NCBI GenBank assembly: GCA_964605735.1
Contig: CAZSDS010000001.1
Span: 6,771-70,770, forward strand
Reading direction: 5' to 3'
Source of the DNA: an uncultured Candidatus Saccharibacteria bacterium
GTDB taxonomy: Bacteria; Patescibacteriota; Doudnabacteria; UBA920; O2-02-FULL-48-8
Length of the DNA: 64,000 nucleotides
Shown here one piece after another: positions 9,205-19,258 of the stretch. Below the pieces are notes generated by a model, which saw only the letters and a program-made list of their open reading frames with translations, ran no database searches and was not told the origin of the DNA. Numbering within the stretch: the stretch's first letter is position 1; every line of letters starts with the position of its first letter. Made by a program: the position numbers and the translations under genes.

Positions 9205-11790
9205 TTAAACTGTTGCCAGGTCCACTTGCTTGATTTCCAAGCCATGAGGTTTTCCAAGAATCTTTACTACAGCGCCTTCTGACAATTCGCCGCTGATTAT
9301 TTTTTCCGCCAGCGGGTCTTCGATCATTTCCTGGATGTTGCGGCGGACCAGACGGGCACCTTGGGCCGGATCAAAACTCTTTTCCGCAATGTAGCGGACA
9401 GCTTCCTTGTCTGCGGTGATTGAAAGCGTCTGATGCTTTTCAATGTGCTTGAAGGTGTTTGAAAGTTCGAGTGAAACGATTTTCTTGATCTCGTCCATGC
9501 CCAGCGGTCTGAAGACCACGATTTTGTCAATGCGGTTGAGCAGTTCAGGGCGCATGGCGTTCTTCAGCGAATCAAGCACCTGCTGTTTCACGCGGTCGTA
9601 TTCTTTTTCCGCTTTTTCGCGGGCGTCCTGGTTTTTGTCGCGCTCAGTGGTGAATCCCAAAGAGTTGGCCTGCTTGTTAAGGTCGGTGATTCCGATGTTT
9701 GAAGTCATAATAATGACTGTGTTTTTGAAGTTAACCCGTTTGCCGGCTGCGTCAGTCAAAGTTCCTTCTTCCAGAATTTGAAGCAGGATGTTGAATACGT
9801 CAGGGTGGGCTTTTTCGATTTCATCGAAAAGGATGACAGCGTATGGTTTCTTGCGAACAGCCTCGGTTAACCGGCCGCCCTCTTCATAGCCTACATATCC
9901 GGCGGGCGCGCCAATCAGCCTTGCCACGTTATGGCGTTCCATGAACTCTGACATGTCCACGCGGATTAGGGCGTCGCGGTCCTCAAAGATTTCCTGCGCC
10001 AACGCTTTTGCCGTTTCAGTTTTTCCTACGCCAGTCGGACCCAGGAACAAGAAAGAGGCGATAGGGCGTTTTGGCGAGCTGATGCCTGCACGCGACCTTC
10101 TGATTGCGGAAGCAATGGTTTTTGTTGCTTCTTCCTGTCCGATGACCCGGCTCTGCAGGATTTTCTCAAGTCCGACTAGTTTCTTGGCTTCTGATTTTAC
10201 CAGTTTGTTGAGCGGAATTTTGGTGATGGTTGAAACGGTTCGGGCGATGTCGTCCGGCGTTATGTCAATCAGGGAACCTGGTTTTCTGTTCACAATTTTC
10301 TGGTATTCCGCTTTTTGCTTTTTCAGTTTGTCTTCCTGGCTCTTCAGGTGCAGGGCAGTGGTGAAGTCCTGGAGCATTACAGCTTTGGTTTTTTCCTCTT
10401 CCAGGCGGCGGAGTTCCATTTCTATTTTCTTGACCACACGGATGTTGCGGGATTTCACGTTGATGGTTTTGGCGTAAGCTGCGGCTTCGTCAATCAGATC
10501 CAGGGCTTTATCTGGCAGGAAGCGGTCAGTCAGGTATCGCGTTGAAAGCTCCACAGAAGCTTTCAGCGCGCCTGGGGTGATATTGACGTTATGGTGTTTT
10601 TCGTACGAAGGGCGAAGTCCTTCCAGGATAAGCAAAGCTTCTTCCTGGGAAGGTTCTTCCACCAGAATTGGCTGGAAGCGTCGTTCAAGCGCGGCGTCAT
10701 GCTCAATGTGTTTTTTGTATTCAGCCAGGGTGGTTGCGCCAATGACGCGGATTTCACCGCGTGCCAGAGCTGGTTTCAAAATATTGGCGGCGTCCAGCGA
10801 GCCAGTGGTTGCGCCGGCCCCGACAATTGTATGCAATTCGTCAATAAACAAAATAACGTTCGGGTTGTCGCGGACTTCGTCAATAACCTGTTTCAGTCTT
10901 TGTTCAAACTCGCCGCGGAACATTGATCCGGCCACAATCAAAGCCATGTCCAAGGTAATGATTTTTTTGTCCAGCAATGAATCAGGCACTTCGTGTTTTA
11001 CGATAGCCAAGGCCAGGCCTTCCACGATTGCGGTTTTGCCCACGCCCGGTTCACCGATCAGCACAGGGTTGTTCTTGGTGCGGCGGTTAAGAATGCTGAT
11101 CATGCGCTCTATTTCCGCTTTGCGCCCGATGACCGGATCAATTTGGCCTTTCGAAGCTTTTTTGGAAAGGTCAGTGGTGAAGTAGTCCAGCGCCGGAGTT
11201 TTTCCCGGATTGACTGGTCTTTCTTCAACTGCCCCCATCTGTCCGTTGCCCATGCTGTTTACGCCACCCATGCTCATGTTGTTCAAATTGATGTTGCCCA
11301 ATGACTGCTCATCAATGTTGAGCAGGTCAGGGAAGCGGGAGACGTTCTCGAAGATCGCGAGCAAGTTCTTTTTCAATTCACCCGGAGAAACTTTCAGGTT
11401 CATGAGAATATGCCTGCCGTCGTTTCCTTCAATGTCTGTGATGCCATAGAGGAAGTGCTCCGTGCCAATAAACTGGTATTGGTACTTGCTGGCAATGATC
11501 GCGGATTTTTCAATAATTTCGCGCAGGTCAGTGGTCAGTTTTGGCTGCCAGCGGTCAGACATCCGGTTTTCATTCATGCGGATGATTTCTTCACGGACCA
11601 TTTCCGGGGTAATCTTGTTCTTCAGCAAAATTTCTGAGGCAAATGAAGAAATCTCCTCAATGATGCCAAAGAGAAGGTGTTCGGAGCCAATGTGGTCGTG
11701 TCTAAGATCCTCTGACAGTTTCTGCGAGGTGATCAGGGCGTTTTTTGCCCTGGAGGATAACCGTTCTAATATGAAAGAAAAATGGTTCAT
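9205..11790 (-). CDS. clpC: ATP-dependent Clp protease ATP-binding subunit ClpC
   Basis: Clp-N repeats, two AAA+ modules (GEPGVGKT, GPTGVGKT), UVR-like coiled coil, LGF ClpP-binding loop. Confidence 0.93.
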   Translation of the reverse strand: MNHFSFILERLSSRAKNALITSQKLSEDLRHDHIGSEHLLFGIIEEISSFASEILLKNKITPEMVREEIIRMNENRMSDRWQPKLTTDLREIIEKSAIIASKYQYQFIGTEHFLYGITDIEGNDGRHILMNLKVSPGELKKNLLAIFENVSRFPDLLNIDEQSLGNINLNNMSMGGVNSMGNGQMGAVEERPVNPGKTPALDYFTTDLSKKASKGQIDPVIGRKAEIERMISILNRRTKNNPVLIGEPGVGKTAIVEGLALAIVKHEVPDSLLDKKIITLDMALIVAGSMFRGEFEQRLKQVIDEVRDNPNVILFIDELHTIVGAGATTGSLDAANILKPALARGEIRVIGATTLAEYKKHIEHDAALERRFQPILVEEPSQEEALLILEGLRPSYEKHHNVNITPGALKASVELSTRYLTDRFLPDKALDLIDEAAAYAKTINVKSRNIRVVKKIEMELRRLEEEKTKAVMLQDFTTALHLKSQEDKLKKQKAEYQKIVNRKPGSLIDITPDDIARTVSTITKIPLNKLVKSEAKKLVGLEKILQSRVIGQEEATKTIASAIRRSRAGISSPKRPIASFLFLGPTGVGKTETAKALAQEIFEDRDALIRVDMSEFMERHNVARLIGAPAGYVGYEEGGRLTEAVRKKPYAVILFDEIEKAHPDVFNILLQILEEGTLTDAAGKRVNFKNTVIIMTSNIGITDLNKQANSLGFTTERDKNQDAREKAEKEYDRVKQQVLDSLKNAMRPELLNRIDKIVVFRPLGMDEIKKIVSLELSNTFKHIEKHQTLSITADKEAVRYIAEKSFDPAQGARLVRRNIQEMIEDPLAEKIISGELSEGAVVKILGKPHGLEIKQVDLATV

Positions 11791-11992
11791 GTTTTCTCCT
11801 GTTCAATTATGAATTCTTCAAATTTTTGCTGTTATTTCCATTCTGGTTTCCGGTTTTTGTGCAACCTGCCGACATTCACATTTTTCCAGTAATCTACAGC
11901 CACAAATTGAAAAATTTATAATCTACTATACTATTATTATACCAGTTAAGTCAAGGGGTCAATTGGCGGGTTAATCAATTATTCAGCGATAT

Positions 11993-12445
11993 ATGGCAAA
12001 AGTGGGACACAAAGAACCAATTAGTGCATACGACCAGGCTGTGAAGTACCTGTCTTTGCGGATTCACACGAGTTTTGAGCTGAAAAATAAGCTGAAACGG
12101 AAGAAGTTTGCCGAGCGGGAAATTGATGAGGTTCTGGCGAGGCTGAAAGAGCAGAAATATCTGAATGATGAGGATTTTGCGCGGGTTTTTGTGCAGAATT
12201 TGGTGAAGTACAAAACTTTTGGATATTTCGGCATAAAAAATAAACTCAGACAGCGGGGGATTCCGGACAATGTTTCCGGACAGATTTTGGACGAAGAGAT
12301 GGATTTGGAGGTTGAAAAGAAAATCGCTCAGAAAGCGATTGGTAAAAGTTTTAAGAAAGATAAGTTGAAGCTGGTGCAGATGCTGACCCGCAAGGGTTTC
12401 AGGAGCCAGGTGGTCAGCGCGGTTGTGGGCGAGTTTGAAGAATAA
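11993..12445 (+). CDS. recX: Regulatory protein RecX
   Basis: YLSLR.HTSFEL, YLNDEDFA, LRQRGI, LTRKGF three-helix repeats. Confidence 0.9.
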   Translation: MAKVGHKEPISAYDQAVKYLSLRIHTSFELKNKLKRKKFAEREIDEVLARLKEQKYLNDEDFARVFVQNLVKYKTFGYFGIKNKLRQRGIPDNVSGQILDEEMDLEVEKKIAQKAIGKSFKKDKLKLVQMLTRKGFRSQVVSAVVGEFEE

Positions 12446-12485
12446 AAAAACTGCACCGGATCATTAAGATCGGGTGCAGAGGTGT

Positions 12486-13295
12486 TTATTGTGAAGCTTT
12501 CACCTGCCCAGTTTTTTCAGGCTTTGGGCTTAGCTTCAGGAGCAGGTGCTCTCGTCGGCCGGCTGGCTCATGGGCAGTCAGCGTTGTTGCCAAATTTTGT
12601 ATAAGCGCCTCTCTGATTGCTTTTCCCTCCTTTGATTTTCCAAAACGGCTGGTGTTTTGAATGGCGTCGATCGCCCCCTCGATGATCAGGTACCTTCTCT
12701 CGGCGACATATCTCCAGTCCGTCTCTATCTCCTCTAACCGTTCTACGATGCTAGAATGCACAGCATGGTAGTCGATTTCGGTGAGGAATTTTATGGCTTG
12801 TTCAACTCTTAAGGTGACCTTGTCGCCGATGGTGTCTGTCAGTGTGATGGTGACGTGACCATAACCATCATCAATCCTGTAGTTTGTGATTCTTAGTCCT
12901 CCCGTCACTTTCAGATTAATCCGCGGTTTGGAGAACCATCCACCAAGCGGAATCGAAATCCCAGGTCCGCTTTTGTCTCCTTGCGAACTTATGTCAACCC
13001 ACAATTCGCCACGGTTCAAATTGAAATCGGCTTTCTTGCCGACCACGTTGCAATTCCAGTAGTCACTGAGCCAGTTCAACAAGTCTTTATCGAATAGCGA
13101 GCTCCAGATCAGCATGTTCAGCAGGATTGTTCCCGCCAGAATCCCGAATACTGAAATGTGTTCAGGATTGACCAGCAAAACTGCTCCAGAAAGGATGACA
13201 GGAACCGCGGTAAACATGATGAGGAGTTTGACTCCGCCCCGCGGGATCGGGAGATAGTGACTTGCGATGCCACAGTTCTTGTAATGGTAAACCAT
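12486..13295 (-). CDS. Orphan membrane protein (2 TM)
   Basis: 269-aa ORF, AAGGAG SD, own TTGACG-N18-TATCAT promoter and structured leader. Confidence 0.6.
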   Translation of the reverse strand: MVYHYKNCGIASHYLPIPRGGVKLLIMFTAVPVILSGAVLLVNPEHISVFGILAGTILLNMLIWSSLFDKDLLNWLSDYWNCNVVGKKADFNLNRGELWVDISSQGDKSGPGISIPLGGWFSKPRINLKVTGGLRITNYRIDDGYGHVTITLTDTIGDKVTLRVEQAIKFLTEIDYHAVHSSIVERLEEIETDWRYVAERRYLIIEGAIDAIQNTSRFGKSKEGKAIREALIQNLATTLTAHEPAGRREHLLLKLSPKPEKTGQVKASQ

Positions 13296-13488
13296 CTTAA
13301 GGCTCCTTTTTAACCGGCCTTTTACAGGCGGGTGGCGCTGCGGGTTGGCCTATAAATCCAACCGGCACGCCAGGAATCAACTCGAGTTGTCCAAAGAACA
13401 ACCGTTACCAGGCTTATTCCCGGTAACGGCTAATGATAGCGTTTTTTTGTGGTCTGCGTCAACAAAAAACCGCCCTCTTTGGGGCGGT

Positions 13489-14391
13489 TTAAAAATTCAT
13501 GTTATTCAGCCTTTGGATGCGGTCTTGAATAGGCGGGTGGGTCTGGAACATTCCCGCAAACCAGGAAACACTGTCCCTCTTAGCCTGGTGTTCCTTAAGC
13601 GGGTTCACAATGTACAAGTGTGCAGTAGCTTTGTTTGCAACTTCCAGCGGTTCATGGTCACTGGCAATTTTTTGCAATGCTGAAGCCAGACCTTGCGGGT
13701 AACGGGTGAGGAGTGCGGCAGATGCATCCGCCAGGTATTCCCGTTTTCTTGATACCGCCAGCTGGATCAAAGTCGCGGCAAGAGGAGAAAGCAGTGCCAG
13801 TACAATGGCAATAATTGCAATTGGGCCTGAGCTGCTGTTATTTTCCCGATTTCTGCTGCCGAAGAATGACATGCGCAGCATCCAATCCGCCAACAAAGTG
13901 ACAAGGCCAACCAATACTACAATAATTGTGGTTAGTCGAATGTCATAATTGCCAATATGAGCCAATTCATGCGCCATGACGCCTTCCAATTCTTGCTTAG
14001 TCAATTTTTGCCTCAAGCCGGTGGTGATTGCCACAACTGCATGCTTGGGGTCCCGGCCAGCGGCGAATGCGTTAGGTGAGCTGTCTTCGATAATATAGAT
14101 TTTTGGCGTAGGCAAACCTGCGGCAATGCTTAAGTTTTCAACCGTGCGATAAAGTTCTTCGTCATCAGATCTTTTTATTTCCTTTGCCCCGGAAATTCCC
14201 AAGACAACTTTGTCAGAAAAAAAGTAACTGAAAATGCTCAAGCCAATGGAGATGGCAACAGCAATTGGCAAGATGCCCGGCTGATTTGTGTACAAAGAAA
14301 AGACATATCCCAGCGCAATGATCAGCGCCAGGATAAATGTCATAAGCAAAGCCGTATTTCGTTTGTTGCGTGCAATCTCGGTATAAACCAT
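13489..14391 (-). CDS. htpX: Zinc metalloprotease HtpX (M48)
   Basis: PNAFA, HELAH, SRKREYLAD, THPP; follows lemA. Confidence 0.95.
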   Translation of the reverse strand: MVYTEIARNKRNTALLMTFILALIIALGYVFSLYTNQPGILPIAVAISIGLSIFSYFFSDKVVLGISGAKEIKRSDDEELYRTVENLSIAAGLPTPKIYIIEDSSPNAFAAGRDPKHAVVAITTGLRQKLTKQELEGVMAHELAHIGNYDIRLTTIIVVLVGLVTLLADWMLRMSFFGSRNRENNSSSGPIAIIAIVLALLSPLAATLIQLAVSRKREYLADASAALLTRYPQGLASALQKIASDHEPLEVANKATAHLYIVNPLKEHQAKRDSVSWFAGMFQTHPPIQDRIQRLNNMNF

Positions 14392-14394
14392 AGT

Positions 14395-14943
14395 TTAGAA
14401 CTGGACCTTAACTGGTTGCCCTTCAGCTCCGGTTTCGTCGATGTCAAAGAAAGCTTTCTTTGCAAAACCGAACATGTTGGCCAGCAGGTTGGTAGGGAAG
14501 GTCTCTACTTTGATGTTGTAGTCGCGGACATTGCCGTTATAGAAGCGGCGGGACGCCTGAATCTTGTCTTCTGTGTCTGTGAGGTCGCGCTGCATTTGCA
14601 TGAAGTTCTGGTTTGACTTCAAGTCCGGGTAAGCTTCAGCCACGGCAAACAAGCTCTTCAAAGCGCCGGAAAGTATATTTTCATCTTTGGCCAGTTCCTG
14701 CGGGTTTGACGCGTTCATGGCCAGATTCCTGGCTTTGGTTACGTTTTCCAGCACGGAACTTTCCTGCGCCGCATACCCTTTAACTGTGTTGACCAGGTTA
14801 GGGATCAGGTCATAGCGCCTTTTCAATTGCACTTCAATATCAGACCAGGCTTCTTCCACGCGGTTGCGTGCTGTGACAAGGCTGTTGTAGGTGAAAACAA
14901 CCCCAATAATCAGAACCGCGAGTATAATCAATACAATTGTCAT
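14395..14943 (-). CDS. lemA: LemA family protein
   Basis: QLKRRYDLIPNLV, AEAYPDLKSNQNF, SRRFYN. Confidence 0.95.
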   Translation of the reverse strand: MTIVLIILAVLIIGVVFTYNSLVTARNRVEEAWSDIEVQLKRRYDLIPNLVNTVKGYAAQESSVLENVTKARNLAMNASNPQELAKDENILSGALKSLFAVAEAYPDLKSNQNFMQMQRDLTDTEDKIQASRRFYNGNVRDYNIKVETFPTNLLANMFGFAKKAFFDIDETGAEGQPVKVQF

Positions 14944-15066
14944 ATTTGTCCTTTGTTTACTTATTAAACGCCCATTTTCTTAATTTTTTATTGCTTAAGC
15001 TTTATTATATTCCATTTGTTTTAACCCTGCAAAATATGGTATAATAGCTCATATTAAAGGAAAAAA

Positions 15067-15354
15067 ATGTCTATATCAATTGACGAAGTTGACCGAATCG
15101 CAAAGCTGGCACGTTTGAAATTCTCAGACGAAGAGAAACCAAAACTCCAAACAGAACTTAGTGCAATTTTAGACTACGTTGATCAGTTGAAAAAAATTGA
15201 AGGCAAAACTCCGGACATTGACATGTCTCAGATGGACGGGGTTAATTTGATGCGCGATGACGTGGCTGAAATGAACCTGCCCGCAGAGGAATTTTTGAAG
15301 CAGGCGCCAGCCAGGGAAGGGAACTACATTAAAGTAAAGAGCGTGTTGGAATAA
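15067..15354 (+). CDS. gatC: Asp/Glu-tRNA amidotransferase subunit C
   Basis: IAKLARL, ILDYVDQL, MRDD; precedes gatA. Confidence 0.93.
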   Translation: MSISIDEVDRIAKLARLKFSDEEKPKLQTELSAILDYVDQLKKIEGKTPDIDMSQMDGVNLMRDDVAEMNLPAEEFLKQAPAREGNYIKVKSVLE

Positions 15355-15355
15355 T

Positions 15356-16801
15356 ATGGAATTGCACGAACTGACCATCAAAGAAGCTGCGCAGAAATTA
15401 CGCAATAAAGAAATTTCATCAGTCGAATTGACCAAGCATCATATTGACCGGATCAAAGCAATTGATCCGGAAGTGCATGCTTATTTGTACGTGGCCGAAA
15501 ACGAATCAGCAGGTGAGGCGGCTGAGGCTGACAAGCTGATTGACCAGAATATTTCGCTGTTGACCGGCGTGCCTTTTGCGGCCAAGGACAATATTTTGAT
15601 TGCCGGGTACCAGGCAACAGCCGCATCAAAGATTTTGGAAAACTATAAAGCACCTTACAGCGCGACTTCCATGAAGCGCCTGATGGCTTCTGCTCCAGTA
15701 TTGTTGGGAAAAACAAATTTGGATGAGTTTGCCATGGGTTCCTCCACTGAAAACTCCGCTTTCGGCCCGACAAAAAACCCTTATGACACAACCCGCGTTC
15801 CAGGCGGTTCGTCCGGCGGCTCTGCCGCGGCAGTTGCCTCAGGGCAGGCTATTTTTGCTTTTGGCACAGATACAGGTGGTTCAGTCAGACAGCCAGCATC
15901 TTTCTGTGGCGTAGTTGGTTTGAAACCTACGTATGGACGAATTTCAAGATACGGGTTGATCGCCTTGGGCTCATCCTTGGATCAGCTTGGTCTTTTTACA
16001 AAAACAGTCGAAGACGCAGCAATAGTTTTGGAACAAGTGGCTGGTCCGGATGAGTACGACACCACTGCCTTGCCAAAAGCAGTGCCTCAGTACACATCTT
16101 TCTTAAAGGACGACATCAAAGGTTTGAAAGTCGGCATTCCTAAGGAATATTTTGCTGAAGGTTTGGATCCAGAAGTCAAGCAGATCATTGACAGCGCCAT
16201 AAAGAAATATGAAGAACTGGGCGCGATCATTGAAGAAACCAGTCTGCCGCATGCCGAATATGCATTGGCAGCATACTACATTATCTTGCCTGTAGAAATT
16301 TCCGCCAACCTCTCCCGTTATGACGGAATCCGCTACGGCTTGTCAGTGCCTGGTGCGTCTCTGGAAGATACTTACTTTAACTCAAGATCCCAAGGATTCG
16401 GCAATGAACCCAAGCGCCGCATTATGATAGGTACGTATGCTTCCTCAGCCGGCTATTTTGACGCCTACTATAAGAAGGCTAAACTTGCCCAGGAACTGAT
16501 CCGCAATGACTTCGTTGAAGCTTTCAAAAAATATGACGTACTCCTTACGCCAACCTGCCCGACACCGGCATTCAAAATAGGAGAAAAGGAAGACCCTCTT
16601 TCAATGTACCTTGCTGACATTTACACCGTAGGTTTGAACATTGCCGGAGTACCTGGCATGTCTGTCCCGGCTGGAGTCACAAAAAACGGATTGCCGGTTG
16701 GTTTGCAGATTGTAGCCCCTCATTTTAAAGAAGAAAACCTGTTCTGGGCCGGACATGCCTTTGAACAGTCTTTGGGATTAAAATTAAAACCAAAAATTTG
16801 A
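15356..16801 (+). CDS. gatA: Asp/Glu-tRNA amidotransferase subunit A
   Basis: Amidase signature GGSSGGSAAAVA, GTDTGGSVRQPA. Confidence 0.97.
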   Translation: MELHELTIKEAAQKLRNKEISSVELTKHHIDRIKAIDPEVHAYLYVAENESAGEAAEADKLIDQNISLLTGVPFAAKDNILIAGYQATAASKILENYKAPYSATSMKRLMASAPVLLGKTNLDEFAMGSSTENSAFGPTKNPYDTTRVPGGSSGGSAAAVASGQAIFAFGTDTGGSVRQPASFCGVVGLKPTYGRISRYGLIALGSSLDQLGLFTKTVEDAAIVLEQVAGPDEYDTTALPKAVPQYTSFLKDDIKGLKVGIPKEYFAEGLDPEVKQIIDSAIKKYEELGAIIEETSLPHAEYALAAYYIILPVEISANLSRYDGIRYGLSVPGASLEDTYFNSRSQGFGNEPKRRIMIGTYASSAGYFDAYYKKAKLAQELIRNDFVEAFKKYDVLLTPTCPTPAFKIGEKEDPLSMYLADIYTVGLNIAGVPGMSVPAGVTKNGLPVGLQIVAPHFKEENLFWAGHAFEQSLGLKLKPKI

Positions 16802-16802
16802 T

Positions 16803-17267
16803 ATGAAAAAACTTTTTATCATTTTTGCCGTCATTCTTCTGCTTAGTCCGTTTATAGTGGCGGCTCAGACCAACCCTTGCACGTCAGCAGGGAACGGCGG
16901 CGATCTTGGAAAATGCGTATCGCAAATCTACGTCTGGTCAATCGGCGTTTCTGGGTTGCTGGCAGTGGTCATGTGCATTTTCGGCGGATATTTGGTGATG
17001 TCAGCCCGCGGCAATGGCCAACAGGCCGCAAACGGCAAAACGTACATTGTTTCTTCCTTGATTGGGATGGTTTTGCTGCTTGGCGCTTACCTTATTTTGA
17101 ACACCATCAATCCGGATTTGGTCAATTTTAATGTCAATCTTCCTTCACTCCCGGCGAATACGCAGCAACAGCAAGGCAGCCAAAACACAAACACCCAACA
17201 GCAGAACCAGCAGAATAACAATAACCAGTCAGCGCCAGTAAACAATATTGTCCCCACAGGTCCATAA
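16803..17267 (+). CDS. Pilin-like protein (TrbC/VirB2-like CPR pilin) with Q/N-rich tail
   Basis: Signal peptide, two TM helices, GGY..M.A.GN and ILNTINPDL motifs. Confidence 0.75.
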   Translation: MKKLFIIFAVILLLSPFIVAAQTNPCTSAGNGGDLGKCVSQIYVWSIGVSGLLAVVMCIFGGYLVMSARGNGQQAANGKTYIVSSLIGMVLLLGAYLILNTINPDLVNFNVNLPSLPANTQQQQGSQNTNTQQQNQQNNNNQSAPVNNIVPTGP

Positions 17268-17278
17268 ATGTAAGAACT

Positions 17279-18763
17279 ATGAATTACGAACCAGTCATCG
17301 GTCTTGAAGTCCATGTACAACTGAAAACGCAAAGCAAGATGTTTTGCCGCTCAAAGAATGCGGAAAGCACGGAGCCGAATGTCCACATCTGCGAACTTTG
17401 CACCGGCCAGCCAGGAACTCTGCCTGTCATTAACCGTGAAGCTGTAAAGAAAGCTGTCATGGTTGGCTTGGCTTTGAATTGTGAAATTGCGGAATATTCC
17501 AAATTCGACCGAAAAAATTATTTTTACCCTGATTTGCCTAAAGGTTATCAAATTTCCCAGTTTGACATGCCAATCAATGGCAAGGGTCATTTGGATGTGG
17601 TTGTGGGCGGCGAGGTCAGAAGAATAGGGATTACCCGCGCGCATTTGGAAGAAGACGCGGGCAAACTGATGCATCCGGCTGGAGCCAAGTACAGTTTGGT
17701 GGATTATAACCGCGCCGGCGTGCCCCTTTTGGAAATCGTCAGCGAGCCGGATATCCGCGGCAGTGAAGAGGCAAAAGTGTATTTGCAGGAACTGCAAAAC
17801 ATAATGCGATATTTGGGCGTGTCAGACGCTGACATGGAAAAAGGACATTTGCGCTGTGACGCCAATATTTCTTTGCGCAAGAAAGGTGAAAGCGGATTCC
17901 CTCCGTATAAAGTGGAAGTGAAAAACATGAACTCTTTTAAGGCCGTGGCCTCGGCAATTGAGTTTGAAATAACCAGGCAGGCGGAATTATTGGACGAAGG
18001 CCAGACCCCGGCAAAAGAAACCCGCGGCTGGGTGGATGAGAAAGGTATTACTGTAAGCCAACGCTCAAAGGAAGAGTCGCAGGATTACCGGTACTTCCCG
18101 GAGCCTGATTTGCCTGTCATGCATTTTACCCAGGAGTGGGTTGGCGAGATCAGGCGGTTATTGCCTGAGCTTCCAATGCAGCGCAAAGATCGCTTCGTGA
18201 AAGAATTTGCAATGAACGAAAAAGATGCCCAAACAATGGTGGCTTACAAAGAGCTGGCTGATTATTTTGAGCAGGTTTTATCCGAACTTGATGCCTGGAT
18301 GCAGGCAGAGAGCAGGGATTTGAGCATTGAGGACAGAGCAAAGTATGTGAGGTTGGCAGTAAACTGGTGCTTGGGCCAATTCCTTGCGCTTTTGAATGAG
18401 AATAAAATGCTGCCGCAGGAGTCAAAAATTAACCCGGAAAATTTTGCAGAATTGCTGAAGTTGATTGGCACTGGTAAGGTTTCCCAGCTTTCCGCAAAAG
18501 ACGTGTTCGCCAAGATGTTCGAAACCGGCGAGGATCCTTCAGTATTGCTTGACCAAATGGGACTGGCGCAAGTGTCTGATGAGGGCGCAATTCTTGATGC
18601 GGTAAAGAAAGTCATGGCGGCCAACCCAAAGGCCGTTGAAGATGCCCGAATAAAAGGGGAGAAAGCATTTGGCTTCCTGGTAGGACAGACAATGAAAGAA
18701 TTGAGAGGCAAGGGAAATCCGCAAATCATCAACGAACTGCTTAAAAAAGAAATGGGTAGCTAA
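17279..18763 (+). CDS. gatB: Asp/Glu-tRNA amidotransferase subunit B
   Basis: IGLEVHVQL, FDRKNYFYPDLPKGYQISQ, DYRYFPEPDL. Confidence 0.97.
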   Translation: MNYEPVIGLEVHVQLKTQSKMFCRSKNAESTEPNVHICELCTGQPGTLPVINREAVKKAVMVGLALNCEIAEYSKFDRKNYFYPDLPKGYQISQFDMPINGKGHLDVVVGGEVRRIGITRAHLEEDAGKLMHPAGAKYSLVDYNRAGVPLLEIVSEPDIRGSEEAKVYLQELQNIMRYLGVSDADMEKGHLRCDANISLRKKGESGFPPYKVEVKNMNSFKAVASAIEFEITRQAELLDEGQTPAKETRGWVDEKGITVSQRSKEESQDYRYFPEPDLPVMHFTQEWVGEIRRLLPELPMQRKDRFVKEFAMNEKDAQTMVAYKELADYFEQVLSELDAWMQAESRDLSIEDRAKYVRLAVNWCLGQFLALLNENKMLPQESKINPENFAELLKLIGTGKVSQLSAKDVFAKMFETGEDPSVLLDQMGLAQVSDEGAILDAVKKVMAANPKAVEDARIKGEKAFGFLVGQTMKELRGKGNPQIINELLKKEMGS

Positions 18764-18854
18764 AACAGCAATTAAAAAAGAGCTTCTGAGAGGCTCTTTT
18801 TATTTTTTCCGAGGAGTGATAGAATTCTGGAAGCGAGGAAAACACGGAGGAACT

Positions 18855-19250
18855 ATGGACCCGATGACCGGCAAGATGATCAAGCAGGCCCTGTACAACG
18901 TTTGCCAGCGTTGGAGGTTCTATCAGAAAGATCTTGGTACAATCAAGGCGCCTGAATTTGTTTCGGATCGCATTGCGGAGACATATTTTGCTCTGCAGGC
19001 AATCGACCATCGGAGCGATTTTGCTCCGGCAATGGCTGTTTTCGCCAGCGAACTCGGGCTGACACAGTGCAATCTGCAGGACATGGGTTTCTGCGGCGAG
19101 GCGGAAGAAAGAGCCCGCGAAATGATTGCACGCGCAACGCGCATGAATGACTACGAGGGCATGATAGTGTTCATCAAAGAGATCTCCAGCGATCTCCTGG
19201 AGCGCTCAAACACAGGGAACATCGGCAATGCCGGCCACGCACAAGCGTGA
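18855..19250 (+). CDS. Orphan hypothetical protein
   Basis: GGAGG SD 4 nt before ATG 18855; 131 aa. Confidence 0.55.
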   Translation: MDPMTGKMIKQALYNVCQRWRFYQKDLGTIKAPEFVSDRIAETYFALQAIDHRSDFAPAMAVFASELGLTQCNLQDMGFCGEAEERAREMIARATRMNDYEGMIVFIKEISSDLLERSNTGNIGNAGHAQA

Positions 19251-19258
19251 GCCGGTTT

